64,000 nt of DNA from a virus (Duplodnaviria > Caudoviricetes). The notes below the pieces were generated by a model. That model was not told the origin of the DNA. It worked only from the letters and a program-made list of their open reading frames with translations, and did not search any database. Below, piece by piece: positions 48,998-58,426 of this stretch. The translations under genes and the position numbers were made by a program. The stretch lies in IMG/VR virus record IMGVR_UViG_3300042254_000186, positions 37,678 to 101,677 of that record; one strand, 5' to 3'. Numbering within the stretch: the stretch's first letter is position 1; the number at the start of each line of letters is the position of its first letter.

Positions 48998-49770
48998 TGG
49001 GGTTACAAAAGATAACATTTGAAGGTGGAAATGTAACATCTAAGATTGATTCAGATTTATATCATTTCCTCTTTTCAAGTGATGTAGGAATCTTAAAAGG
49101 ACTAAAGAATGAGGTAAGTTTTACCTTAGCAAATAACACGATTACATTCAGTGATGGATACGTTTCGGTATATGGGCGAATCATCTATATAGAAAATCAA
49201 ACAACAATAGGTGTAACACCTGATTCCAGTAAATATGGATACGTTGTTTTAGGAGTGAATACATCGGACAACTCAATCAGTTTATATTTAAAAGAACAAA
49301 CAGGTAGTTACCCTTCATTGACAACTACTAATTTACTAACAACTGATGGACTTTATGAACTTGTCCTATGTGCATATTCAAAAACAACCACTTCAGTAAC
49401 ATTGACAAGCTACTCACGAAAACTAATCAATAATGATAAAGCGAGAGTAGATGAACTCGATGATGAGATATTCAATCATTATCTTCCAATGAGAAAATCA
49501 CTGACTTTAGTTACTGCTGGAACGTATCGCTTCTCAGGAACTAACTCAGTAGAACTTCGAGAGTCTATCTTATATGTAACAATTAATAATCATACTGTGG
49601 TGACATTTCCTGGAGAGCAGATGTTTCTGTTTGTTGGATCAAATACATCCATATCATACCGTTATGCTTCAGGTGATTATTCATTAAGTGTTGTATATGA
49701 AAATGGAATCGTAACTTTAACGACAGGTAATACGACACACAATATCACCAGTGTGTTCATGAAAAAATAG
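48997..49770 (+). CDS. Baseplate/tail protein
   Basis: Beta-rich, with a G...YGR motif, in the tail module. Confidence 0.6.
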   Translation: MGLQKITFEGGNVTSKIDSDLYHFLFSSDVGILKGLKNEVSFTLANNTITFSDGYVSVYGRIIYIENQTTIGVTPDSSKYGYVVLGVNTSDNSISLYLKEQTGSYPSLTTTNLLTTDGLYELVLCAYSKTTTSVTLTSYSRKLINNDKARVDELDDEIFNHYLPMRKSLTLVTAGTYRFSGTNSVELRESILYVTINNHTVVTFPGEQMFLFVGSNTSISYRYASGDYSLSVVYENGIVTLTTGNTTHNITSVFMKK

Positions 49771-49781
49771 GAGGATTTTAA

Positions 49782-50633
49782 ATGGCTACAATTCAAATAA
49801 AAAGAAGAACAACAGCCGGAACGGGACCATTAACTGGAACAACAGGAACCGTAAAAGCTGGTGAACCACAAGTTGATTTTAGTGGTGAACATTTATATAT
49901 AGCAAAAGCAGACAAAGTGGCAAGTGTATCAGTACCACTGGCTGAATCAGATTACTTAAAAATACCAGGAGTTTCCAAAGTTGATGATCAGATAGATACA
50001 AAAATTACTGCACTCAACTTAGGAACTGCATCAACAAAGAACACGGGAACTGGAAGTGGGAATGTACCTATTCTTGATTCAAGTGGGAAATTAGCAGATA
50101 GTGTTGTACCGAAGATTGCAATGACGAACACTTATGTAGTTGCAAGTCAAACTGCAATGCTAGCTTTATCGAATGCACAGGAAGGTGACGTTGCCGTTAG
50201 AACTGACTTAAACAAGTCTTTTATCTTAAAGGCATCACCATACTCAACGCTCGCTAACTGGCAAGAATTATTAACACCAACTGATGCAGTTACAAGTGTC
50301 AATGGTTCAACTGGAGCAGTTACGATTTCACTTGCGGGACTTGGTGGGGTTGCATTAACAACATATAATACTCATGTTTCATCAAATCTTCACTTAACAT
50401 CAGAACAGAGAACAATTCTTGATAATGTGAAGATGTTTGAAATCACTGATACTACAGGTATAGATTTAGCAAGTTCTGAGACTGATTATGCAAATTCAGT
50501 TATTGTCGATGGATTGATATATTATCCGGTTGTTGATACGAATTATACCCCAACCAAAATCACATACAAACTTGGTATCGATACAAGTAAAGTATTGCAG
50601 CCATCATCTATCATTGATGGTGGTACATATTAA
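49782..50633 (+). CDS. Tail fibre protein
   Basis: IQIKR...GEP N-terminus, AQEGD.AVRTD, VTSVNGSTGAV and IDGGTY. Confidence 0.72.
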   Translation: MATIQIKRRTTAGTGPLTGTTGTVKAGEPQVDFSGEHLYIAKADKVASVSVPLAESDYLKIPGVSKVDDQIDTKITALNLGTASTKNTGTGSGNVPILDSSGKLADSVVPKIAMTNTYVVASQTAMLALSNAQEGDVAVRTDLNKSFILKASPYSTLANWQELLTPTDAVTSVNGSTGAVTISLAGLGGVALTTYNTHVSSNLHLTSEQRTILDNVKMFEITDTTGIDLASSETDYANSVIVDGLIYYPVVDTNYTPTKITYKLGIDTSKVLQPSSIIDGGTY

Positions 50634-51313
50634 TGGCTATCATTAGAGTCAAGCGTGGTACTACAACACCTACCACATCGAATCTTACTTACTTAGGTGA
50701 AATAGCATTCGATTATTCAAATGAGGCATTATATGCACGTGGAGTATCGAGTGTTGTCAAGATTGGTGCATTTGTTGAAAAGGTGTATTTTTATCAGGGA
50801 TACTCTTATTATCACAGTTTAACTTATCCGTTTGATCCAGATTACATTTACAAAGTTCATGTGATTGCTTCGACTCAAGGAACTTCAGTAGATACTTCGG
50901 ATACCTATATTTACTACAGAACATCATCTCAATCAAGTCTGTATGGTTCCTACATTAATCATCATCTTAATACTGAAGATACAGTGCATGATAAACGTTC
51001 AGGTACAAACACAACTGCGAAATATATTGAGGACAGTTATGCGACAGGACCAACCATCACAAGTGGAATTACTAAAGTGATTGACTTTGAGATATCACCA
51101 ACATTTAAAGCGAATTATGTGGATACACAAGTTTGGGTAGCATATGGAAAAAGTATGACAACATTATCTGGACAAGGAAATGGATCAATCAAGATGGTTG
51201 ATTTTGTACATACTGCATATGGAGATTTAGGTGCATTATATATCAATCCAGGAATGTCTGTGGGTTCACCAGATAGTATTTCAGTAACAATTTACAGAAT
51301 GAAAAGAAAGTAG
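50633..51313 (+). CDS. Tail fibre/receptor-binding protein
   Basis: IRVKRG...L..GEIA N-terminus and beta-rich body. Confidence 0.62.
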   Translation: MAIIRVKRGTTTPTTSNLTYLGEIAFDYSNEALYARGVSSVVKIGAFVEKVYFYQGYSYYHSLTYPFDPDYIYKVHVIASTQGTSVDTSDTYIYYRTSSQSSLYGSYINHHLNTEDTVHDKRSGTNTTAKYIEDSYATGPTITSGITKVIDFEISPTFKANYVDTQVWVAYGKSMTTLSGQGNGSIKMVDFVHTAYGDLGALYINPGMSVGSPDSISVTIYRMKRK

Positions 51314-51321
51314 GAGTATTT

Positions 51322-51660
51322 ATGGCAATTATAAAAGAATTAAACACGAAGTTTGGAGTCGGTGCATCTTATCATCGAATCACAGCATTTAACATCAGCT
51401 ATTCACAAAAGAAGATAGTGATTTGTGTTGCATCATATTTATCAAAAGAAGCTCGTGCAAACAAGAGTGTTCCTATGGAAGAAATAGATATCGAGATCCC
51501 AACTGATGATTTTTCGTTGTTTCTAAACACAAATCCAATCGAACAGGCATACAATTGGTTAAAGGAAAATGCCATAGGCTTTGAGGATGCAGTAGATGAT
51601 TACGATGTGGTAGAACCACCTTTAGCTGAAGTGATAGAGGAGGTAGAACCAAATGAGTGA
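51322..51660 (+). CDS. Putative tail fibre assembly protein
   Basis: FGV.ASYHRI...Y.SKEAR...AY.WLK, located after the fibre genes. Confidence 0.55.
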   Translation: MAIIKELNTKFGVGASYHRITAFNISYSQKKIVICVASYLSKEARANKSVPMEEIDIEIPTDDFSLFLNTNPIEQAYNWLKENAIGFEDAVDDYDVVEPPLAEVIEEVEPNE

Positions 51661-52291
51661 TTTATATAAAATAATCGAAGGAGTGTTTCCAAATACGGAG
51701 ATACTTCTTATTTATTATGGTGGGTCTATAGCATATGGATTAGATGATAATACAAGTGATAAAGATGTAACAGTTGTCCTAGATGGGTTTAGAGGTAACT
51801 TACATATCACGATTGGAGAATATGATTTATTCGTTTTCGCAAAAGATAGGTTTATTCAAAGACAAACATTTGATGAATCGATTATTGCATATCATCGAGC
51901 AGCCGCAGACAATGTCATGAGTATTGATAGAACATTAATTTATATTAATCCATCATTCCAGGAAACCTTAGATCAATTATTAATTTACGATGATAAAGAG
52001 TTTATGCTGAATCATATCGCAGCTGAAATTGAATACGGACGTATGCGTTTTGATGTGAATACAAACTTCAAATCTCATTATCATGTATTTAGGATTAGAG
52101 GAATGGTGGATCATTTTGAAAAAACCGGAAAGTATGAACTTGTTGTTGAGGAACCTTGGTATACAAAGATGATGGATTTTAAGAACAACTGGGATAACGA
52201 AATCGCACAAAACTATGTAGAGGAGATTAAAGATCAACTGGACTACCTTGAAAATTACAGAAATGAGATGATTGAGAGTGGACTGGGATAA
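51653..52291 (+). CDS. Pol-beta-superfamily nucleotidyltransferase
   Basis: GGSIAYGL....SDKD and a third Asp in YDLF. Confidence 0.8.
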   Translation: MSDLYKIIEGVFPNTEILLIYYGGSIAYGLDDNTSDKDVTVVLDGFRGNLHITIGEYDLFVFAKDRFIQRQTFDESIIAYHRAAADNVMSIDRTLIYINPSFQETLDQLLIYDDKEFMLNHIAAEIEYGRMRFDVNTNFKSHYHVFRIRGMVDHFEKTGKYELVVEEPWYTKMMDFKNNWDNEIAQNYVEEIKDQLDYLENYRNEMIESGLG

Positions 52292-52604
52292 TATCTTACA
52301 TCTATTTAGAATGGAAAATTTAATATACTGGATTGTGACAATGGTAGTCGTTATCCTTACCACAATAAAACAATTCAACAGACAAGAGAAAAACAACAAA
52401 ACAAAAAACGATCAAATCATGGTAAATCTTCAAAAAATCGAAAAGCAGAATGTGAAAATGATAGGCTTACTTGAACTGCATTCAAAAGATATAAAAACAC
52501 TGAAAAAAGATGTTAATGTGTTAGAACATCGCGTTTCAAGGCTAGAAGATTCACAAGTTAATATTTATAGACATATAGGAGGAAAAGAAAATGACAACAC
52601 TTGA
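52272..52604 (+). CDS. Holin-like TM and coiled-coil protein
   Basis: One TM helix and LEHRVSRLE coiled coil, in the lysis-module position. Confidence 0.5.
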   Translation: MRVDWDNILHLFRMENLIYWIVTMVVVILTTIKQFNRQEKNNKTKNDQIMVNLQKIEKQNVKMIGLLELHSKDIKTLKKDVNVLEHRVSRLEDSQVNIYRHIGGKENDNT

Positions 52605-53082
52605 GATAATTTTACTCATCATATCTTTATTACTATTAGCACTTTATGTAACATCAAAACTTGGAAAAGACCAATCGTTAAATGAGGTTATAAAAGAAGT
52701 TAAAGAAGATCTCAAAAATACAGCAGAAAATGTATATGACCTTGTGAGTAAAGCAACTGATATTGTCTTCGATGAATCAGTACAAAAAACGATCAAGGAA
52801 TTCATAATGATTGTGGAGGAAAAGAATCAGATTGCAAAGAACAAGGGAGAAGCATTCCTTGCTGGTGATGAAAAGAAACTTGCTGTTATTTCGCGTTTTA
52901 GTGAGTGGGTAAGCAACGTTACAGGCTCAACCGAAAAAGCAGTAGAGTTCGTTGAATCCAACCAATCCAGGATTGAATCCATCATTGATGACTACATCTC
53001 TTTCAGCAATAAAATGCAAGGTAGAGAATCGCTTTCTGAAGCTGAAAAAATCATAGCAGAGAAATTGAAGAATAAAGACTAA
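52591..53082 (+). CDS. Holin-like membrane protein
   Basis: N-terminal TM and G.EKK..V...IE..I pattern reminiscent of LL-H-type holins. Confidence 0.5.
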   Translation: MTTLEIILLIISLLLLALYVTSKLGKDQSLNEVIKEVKEDLKNTAENVYDLVSKATDIVFDESVQKTIKEFIMIVEEKNQIAKNKGEAFLAGDEKKLAVISRFSEWVSNVTGSTEKAVEFVESNQSRIESIIDDYISFSNKMQGRESLSEAEKIIAEKLKNKD

Positions 53083-53145
53083 TAATGCTTGCTATAGTAC
53101 CTTTATTTAGGTAATATGTCACATACCAAATTAAGGAGGAAAAGA

Positions 53146-53406
53146 ATGTTAAATCAAGTAATTTTAGTAGGACGAGTAAAGAAACTCGACAAGTCAGCAG
53201 GTATCGTTTCAATCGATATCAAAAGACCAAATGAGAAGGACTCAGATTTGATTCCAGTCAACCTAAGTGAAGGTGTTATGGACAATGTAATGGAGTACTT
53301 ATCTGAAGGTTCGACTATTGGCGTGAAGGCATCACTTCATATTGATGACAACATCTTAAGGATAGCTGGAGAGAAAGTAACATTTATTAATGCGAAAAAC
53401 GAATAA
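53146..53406 (+). CDS. Short SSB-like OB-fold protein lacking the acidic tail
   Basis: MLNQVILVGR...D.IP...EYL..GS.IGV, only 86 aa. Confidence 0.75.
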   Translation: MLNQVILVGRVKKLDKSAGIVSIDIKRPNEKDSDLIPVNLSEGVMDNVMEYLSEGSTIGVKASLHIDDNILRIAGEKVTFINAKNE

Positions 53407-53443
53407 GAAGTAAATTACTCAAATCGGCCACACTGGTAAAAAG

Positions 53444-53956
53444 GTGTGCCTTTTTTTGTTTGTTAATCATCCTCATTTAAACTATAATATTCTTAAAGGA
53501 CGTGGTTTGATGAGTAATCTTGAAATTTTTAACGAAATATTAGTAAAATTGAATACAAATTTAAGAAGTTTGAGAAACTTTTTCGGTGGAATGAAAATTG
53601 AAAAAGTAGCATTAAAAAGTAAGGTTGTGTTTCATTTTCAATTGTCAATCGTTCTCTATGAAACGTACACTACAACACTTTTTAGTATTGATTGTCCTTA
53701 TAATTCTAGTGATTACAAAATTAGAATATATGAAAATGAAGTATTTAAACTAAATTTAGTGAATAGGGATGTGATATCTGAAGATGAATTGCTGGATTTC
53801 TTTTCTCGTTTTAGTGAAGTAGATTTTCTTGAAGGTTTAGTAAAGAGTATAAAGTTATCTGATCAGTATCAAGAACATGTTAACATTGTGCTAGAATATG
53901 AAAGTGATCCTTATGGTGAATATTCTGATGATTATGATTTCGATGATTTTGAATAA
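53444..53956 (+). CDS. Hypothetical protein
   Basis: Open frame with an acidic C-terminus. Likely start is about 53510. Confidence 0.55.
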   Translation: MCLFLFVNHPHLNYNILKGRGLMSNLEIFNEILVKLNTNLRSLRNFFGGMKIEKVALKSKVVFHFQLSIVLYETYTTTLFSIDCPYNSSDYKIRIYENEVFKLNLVNRDVISEDELLDFFSRFSEVDFLEGLVKSIKLSDQYQEHVNIVLEYESDPYGEYSDDYDFDDFE

Positions 53957-54094
53957 AGACTTATCTTGGAAATGAGAAGAGTATTTTTAGTTTGCAAGAG
54001 TTACATAAGAGTACGACTAGGTTTATGTGTAAAAATACTACATTCAATTAAATATGTTCTAATTTTATACATTCTATAATTTAGAAACGATACT

Positions 54095-54295
54095 ATGCTA
54101 TCCTTATTAAAAAGGAGGAATAGTATGGAAGAATTATTATGCAAATTAGAAACTATCATATTGATAAGAAAAGCAATATCACAAACTTACAACTCAATCA
54201 GCGACACAGATAAGTTTGTAGATTGTAGTTCATTTATTGATGATATTGAAGAACAAGTTGTAGTTGAATATTCAAACAAAGATGGATCCTTGTAA
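54095..54295 (+). CDS. Small hypothetical protein
   Basis: AGGAGG RBS before MEELL (54125) and a terminator hairpin after the stop. Confidence 0.5.
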   Translation: MLSLLKRRNSMEELLCKLETIILIRKAISQTYNSISDTDKFVDCSSFIDDIEEQVVVEYSNKDGSL

Positions 54296-54462
54296 TTGAG
54301 GATCCTTTTTTTGTTAGACATAAGAACGGCTTAAAATAGTCATTTTTTATGTGCCACTCTACTTAAAGTAGAGTAGAATTTATTAAAACTCAGTTTCTGA
54401 AAAGTAGCTATCAACTCAAAATAGGTATGAAAAAATCATTTGTAGTGTTATAATTTACTTAA

Positions 54463-56436
54463 TTGAACGAAGGGAGAAGACTGATGTCGATAGGAAAAAG
54501 AATAAAGGATTTAAGAACAAAGAATAACCTTACACAAAGCGAGTTTGCTGAGTTGTTTCATATTACAGACAAGGCTGTAAGTAAATGGGAAAGCGAAAAA
54601 GGGGAACCAAGTTTACAAGTACTAATTGATATAAGTAAATATTTTGAGATTTCTCTTGATGAAATAGTCAAAGGAGATGAACCTGTTCAATCAGATCATA
54701 GTAGTTTGCTTGATAGGATTGTACAAAAGGATTCGGTTGTTGAACTAGAAAAGGCAATATCAAATGGACTTAAAATCCATAATTCAGACGAGTTCAACAA
54801 AGATATCATTGATTATGTTATTAAATACAAATCAATTAAAACATTGAAGTACTTGATTTCAAAAGGAATAATTGGTATTCCAAATTCTTTTTTTGAAGAT
54901 AGAACAAATAATAGTAAAAAGATAAATGTTGAAGTAAGCAGTAACGGAACTTGGAAGAAGACATTACATGGGATGGGGATTAGTATCTCATCTCGAAATG
55001 ATGCTTTGATGGATGTAGTCGTTTACAATAAGGATGTCGAACTGATTACAAAACTTGTTTCAAGAGGTAAAGAAGATTCTAGATATGTTTCTAGGAATAA
55101 TAACTCAAGGGCACCATATTTATCAAAGGCTGTTATTAATAGAAATAAGGTGCTTCCTTTAACTAATGAAACACTTGAAATAATAGGAAAATCTAACGAT
55201 ATTGAATTAATTAAAGCATTAACATGTTTCGATTCTGGATTAGTCGTTGCTACAATGAATCGAATACTACAATCTGTTTTAGAGTTTGGAAAAGAGAGTT
55301 TTAAAGATAAGTTGTTACAATTAGTCATTGATCACAATCAACTTGCACTTAAACATAACGAAGATGCACGATCAAAATATAAACAAACTAGAAAACAACA
55401 GGTGCTAATGTCAGAGTTTTCATTTAGTGACAAAATAATAACTTCAATTCTTGATAAAAAATCATATATTACTCAGATTGCACCATTCCTAACTGATAGA
55501 GATATAACTAAGGAAACATTTGAAATGATTTGTGATAAACATGGAGTTAAAGTGTTTACATCAGATCGAATCTCGTACAAGAGTGAAAAAGTTGCATCAA
55601 CACTTGATGGTAATGACTTTGTTAAGTACGCTAGAGATTTTTATGATAAGAAGAAGTATGTAGAGTATCCAATTTTTGAAGTGTTCAATCATCTGGATGA
55701 GTCTCCTGAACTTGTAGATGATGTTATTCTTTATATGTATGTCTTGTTCCATCAACACATCAGATTCAATAGAAAACTTTCAGTTATCATGCGTAGAGAG
55801 CACAATGAACCTCAAACTAACAAGCAAAAGAGTTATGATTTGGATATAGCTGAAGCTAGAATGTTGTTTGGTACTTCTTATGGGGAGTACATCCTTCAAA
55901 AGATGGAGACTAAAGAGAATAAAATGAAATTACTAGAACTTTGTGCGAATCACTTATCAGAAGAAAACCTTGCTAAGATCTTACCACTGTATGTTGGAGA
56001 AGATAAGAAGAAAGTTTATATTGACTTGATTAAAGTACAAAATGCTGTTGCATTAAAAAAACTCATTAAAGTCGATAAAGAGTTGGATGTAGAATACTCA
56101 AATCAAAGACAAAATCAGAATAGAAATCGAATTATGAAAAACAAACATAAGACGATTAGTTCAGTTTTATCAGAGTTATTTACCAGCAAAGAAGTATTAC
56201 GTGAAGTAGTAGCAGATCTGAACCAAAAAGACCTTGATGAATTATTAAACAAACATTGTCCAGATGATGATTTCGAAATGATCGCATTCCTAATCGACAA
56301 TGGCGCATATTTACATAGTTCTTATACAACAGAACAAGACGATGGCTGGGGTTATATGGAAACTGTTCATGGAATGGCCCAAGATAAGAAAAAAACAGCT
56401 GTTATGCGTGAAATGATTCGTAATTTCAAAAAATAA
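54463..56436 (+). CDS. XRE-HTH protein with a long helical, ankyrin-like body
   Basis: IGKRIKDLR...LTQSEFAE...AVSKWE...P, with ankyrin-like segments (LKYLISKG, FLIDNGA). Confidence 0.72.
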   Translation: MNEGRRLMSIGKRIKDLRTKNNLTQSEFAELFHITDKAVSKWESEKGEPSLQVLIDISKYFEISLDEIVKGDEPVQSDHSSLLDRIVQKDSVVELEKAISNGLKIHNSDEFNKDIIDYVIKYKSIKTLKYLISKGIIGIPNSFFEDRTNNSKKINVEVSSNGTWKKTLHGMGISISSRNDALMDVVVYNKDVELITKLVSRGKEDSRYVSRNNNSRAPYLSKAVINRNKVLPLTNETLEIIGKSNDIELIKALTCFDSGLVVATMNRILQSVLEFGKESFKDKLLQLVIDHNQLALKHNEDARSKYKQTRKQQVLMSEFSFSDKIITSILDKKSYITQIAPFLTDRDITKETFEMICDKHGVKVFTSDRISYKSEKVASTLDGNDFVKYARDFYDKKKYVEYPIFEVFNHLDESPELVDDVILYMYVLFHQHIRFNRKLSVIMRREHNEPQTNKQKSYDLDIAEARMLFGTSYGEYILQKMETKENKMKLLELCANHLSEENLAKILPLYVGEDKKKVYIDLIKVQNAVALKKLIKVDKELDVEYSNQRQNQNRNRIMKNKHKTISSVLSELFTSKEVLREVVADLNQKDLDELLNKHCPDDDFEMIAFLIDNGAYLHSSYTTEQDDGWGYMETVHGMAQDKKKTAVMREMIRNFKK

Positions 56437-56451
56437 GTTATACCACAAATT

Positions 56452-56474
56452 GGATCCTTCGGGATCCTTTTTTA
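56452..56474 (+). terminator. Intrinsic terminator
   Basis: GGATCC-TTCG-GGATCC followed by a T-run. Confidence 0.85.
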
Positions 56475-56594
56475 TTTGCCTTTTTTCCTATTTATTGGCA
56501 AAACGTGTTATACCTCGCCATTAACTGTTGAAGGAGGTATCACACATGAAATTAATTATAAGAAAAACAAATATTACTAATATTTTTATTACAG

Positions 56595-56633
56595 ACCCGA
56601 ACTTTTACACGATTTCTGCGGACTATGATTTAG
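56595..56633 (+). promoter_or_regulatory. Putative phage-sigma promoter (copy 2) upstream of the recombination module
   Basis: ACCCGAACTTTT-N10-TGCGGACTA-n-GATTTAG as at 23661. Confidence 0.75.
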
Positions 56634-56645
56634 GAGGTAGTTCGT

Positions 56646-56912
56646 ATGAATAATGACACATTAATTAAAGAGTTAAGAGACAAAGGATATGGTTACAAAA
56701 AGATTGCTAATGAGCTGGATCTAAAAGTTGATACTGTTCGTTATGCTTGTTTGAGAATGGAAGAGGAAAGCCTTGTTGGTTATTGCAAAAACTGTGGTCT
56801 TGAGATGAAGTCAGTAAAAGGGAAAAAGAAAAAGATATTCTGTTCAGACAGATGTAGATGGCAATGGTGGAATGAGAAAAGAAGAGGATCAAGTCACAAT
56901 GAATCGATCTAA
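56646..56912 (+). CDS. HTH plus Zn-finger protein, candidate recombination directionality factor
   Basis: GYGYKKIANEL...TVR HTH and CKNC...FCSDRCR. Upstream of the LSRs. Confidence 0.65.
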   Translation: MNNDTLIKELRDKGYGYKKIANELDLKVDTVRYACLRMEEESLVGYCKNCGLEMKSVKGKKKKIFCSDRCRWQWWNEKRRGSSHNESI

Positions 56913-57171
56913 TTTAGAGATGTATTACTTATCCATTGCACCCATTAAATCAATGTTAGAGGAGGGTATTTTAAGTAAATCTGAATATCTTAAAGCAGAA
57001 GCATTTTTAGCAGAAAAGTATTGTATCAATAAAGGTAATATTCATCGCCTTAACAACTTGACTAAACCCCCTAAAAGAGTGATATATAGTGTAACCAAAG
57101 AGGAGGTAAAAGATGAAGGAAAAGAAGATAACCAAAATCGAAGCATTATCCAAATTACCAAAGAAAACTAG
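56899..57171 (+). CDS. Small SHOCT-like recombinase-associated protein
   Basis: MLEEGILSKSEY...LAEKY, directly before the LSR pair. Confidence 0.6.
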   Translation: MNRSNLEMYYLSIAPIKSMLEEGILSKSEYLKAEAFLAEKYCINKGNIHRLNNLTKPPKRVIYSVTKEEVKDEGKEDNQNRSIIQITKEN

Positions 57172-58426
57172 AGTCGCTGCTTATGCTAGGGTATCTAATG
57201 GTAAAGATGCAATGCTACATTCCTTATCCGCTCAAATCAATTACTACAAGAAAATGATTCAAGATAATAATGATTGGCAGTTTGTAGGAGTGTATGCAGA
57301 TGAAGCTCTCACTGGAACCAAAGACTCGAGACAAGAGTTTCAGCAACTTTTAGAAGATTCCAAAGCTGGGAAAATTGATATGATTATTACAAAGTCTATA
57401 TCAAGGTTTGCAAGGAATACAATGACGCTACTTGAGACAGTAAGAGAACTTGACAAACTAAATGTTGATGTATTCTTTGAAGAACAGAATATTCACTCAA
57501 TAAGTAGTGAAGGAGAAATGGTTCTTACCTTATTAGCATCCGTAGCACAAGAAGAATCCAGAAGTGTTTCAGAGAACATGAAATGGCGGATTAAGAGAGA
57601 ATTTCAACAAGGTGAGATTTGGGGAGGACGGTCACCACTTGGATATAGCTTGAAAAACAAGACATTTCGTGTAATTTCTAAAGAAGCTGAAGTGGTTCAA
57701 CTCATCTACAAACTATATGTTGATGGAAATGGTGCTGAAGCAATTTGTCAAATACTAGATGCAAAAGGTATAAAACCAAAAGAATCTAAAAAGTGGGGTC
57801 CAACATCGATTATAAAGATTCTCTCAAATCGTAATTATACAGGTGATTTACTATTACAAAAGACATACTTGAATAATCACTTATCAAAGAAACAGGTTAT
57901 TAATAAAGGAGAACTGGATCGGTATTTGGTTAAAGGAAACCATGAGGCAATCATAAGTAATGAATTATTCGATAAAGTGCAAAAACTTAAACATCAACGA
58001 GCCATTAAGAACAAATCTAATCTACCAAAGAAAAAGACGTTTCTACATGGATTAATACAATGTGGAACTTGTGGTTCAACTTATACACCTAAGAAAATGA
58101 GAAAGAAGGACATTTGGATTTGTTCGAAATCAGCAAGTAAAGGTCAAGATGTTTGTGATTCTAAACTAGTCCCACACAACATAATCGTTGAAGCTTCTAA
58201 CCACCTTTTAAATATGGACCAACATAATGAGGCTACATTCAAATCAAAGGTAACCAAGATAATCGTTCAAGAAAATAGGATGTTAGAGTTTCATATGAAA
58301 GACGGGAAGATACTAAACTACCGATGGAAACATAAATCTAGAAGTAAGAGTTGGACACCTGAAATGAAGGAACAAGCACGATTAAGAGCACTAGAACAAC
58401 ATCATGGAGGTAAACAAGATGCCTAA
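57113..58426 (+). CDS. Large serine recombinase 1
   Basis: AAYARVS, TKSISRFARN, recombinase domain and CGTCG...C ribbon. Confidence 0.95.
   Translation: MKEKKITKIEALSKLPKKTRVAAYARVSNGKDAMLHSLSAQINYYKKMIQDNNDWQFVGVYADEALTGTKDSRQEFQQLLEDSKAGKIDMIITKSISRFARNTMTLLETVRELDKLNVDVFFEEQNIHSISSEGEMVLTLLASVAQEESRSVSENMKWRIKREFQQGEIWGGRSPLGYSLKNKTFRVISKEAEVVQLIYKLYVDGNGAEAICQILDAKGIKPKESKKWGPTSIIKILSNRNYTGDLLLQKTYLNNHLSKKQVINKGELDRYLVKGNHEAIISNELFDKVQKLKHQRAIKNKSNLPKKKTFLHGLIQCGTCGSTYTPKKMRKKDIWICSKSASKGQDVCDSKLVPHNIIVEASNHLLNMDQHNEATFKSKVTKIIVQENRMLEFHMKDGKILNYRWKHKSRSKSWTPEMKEQARLRALEQHHGGKQDA

Noticed and set aside
49782-51313. Diversity-generating retroelement or invertible tail-fibre system
   Set aside because: No reverse transcriptase, template/variable repeat pair or invertase with inverted cassettes is visible.
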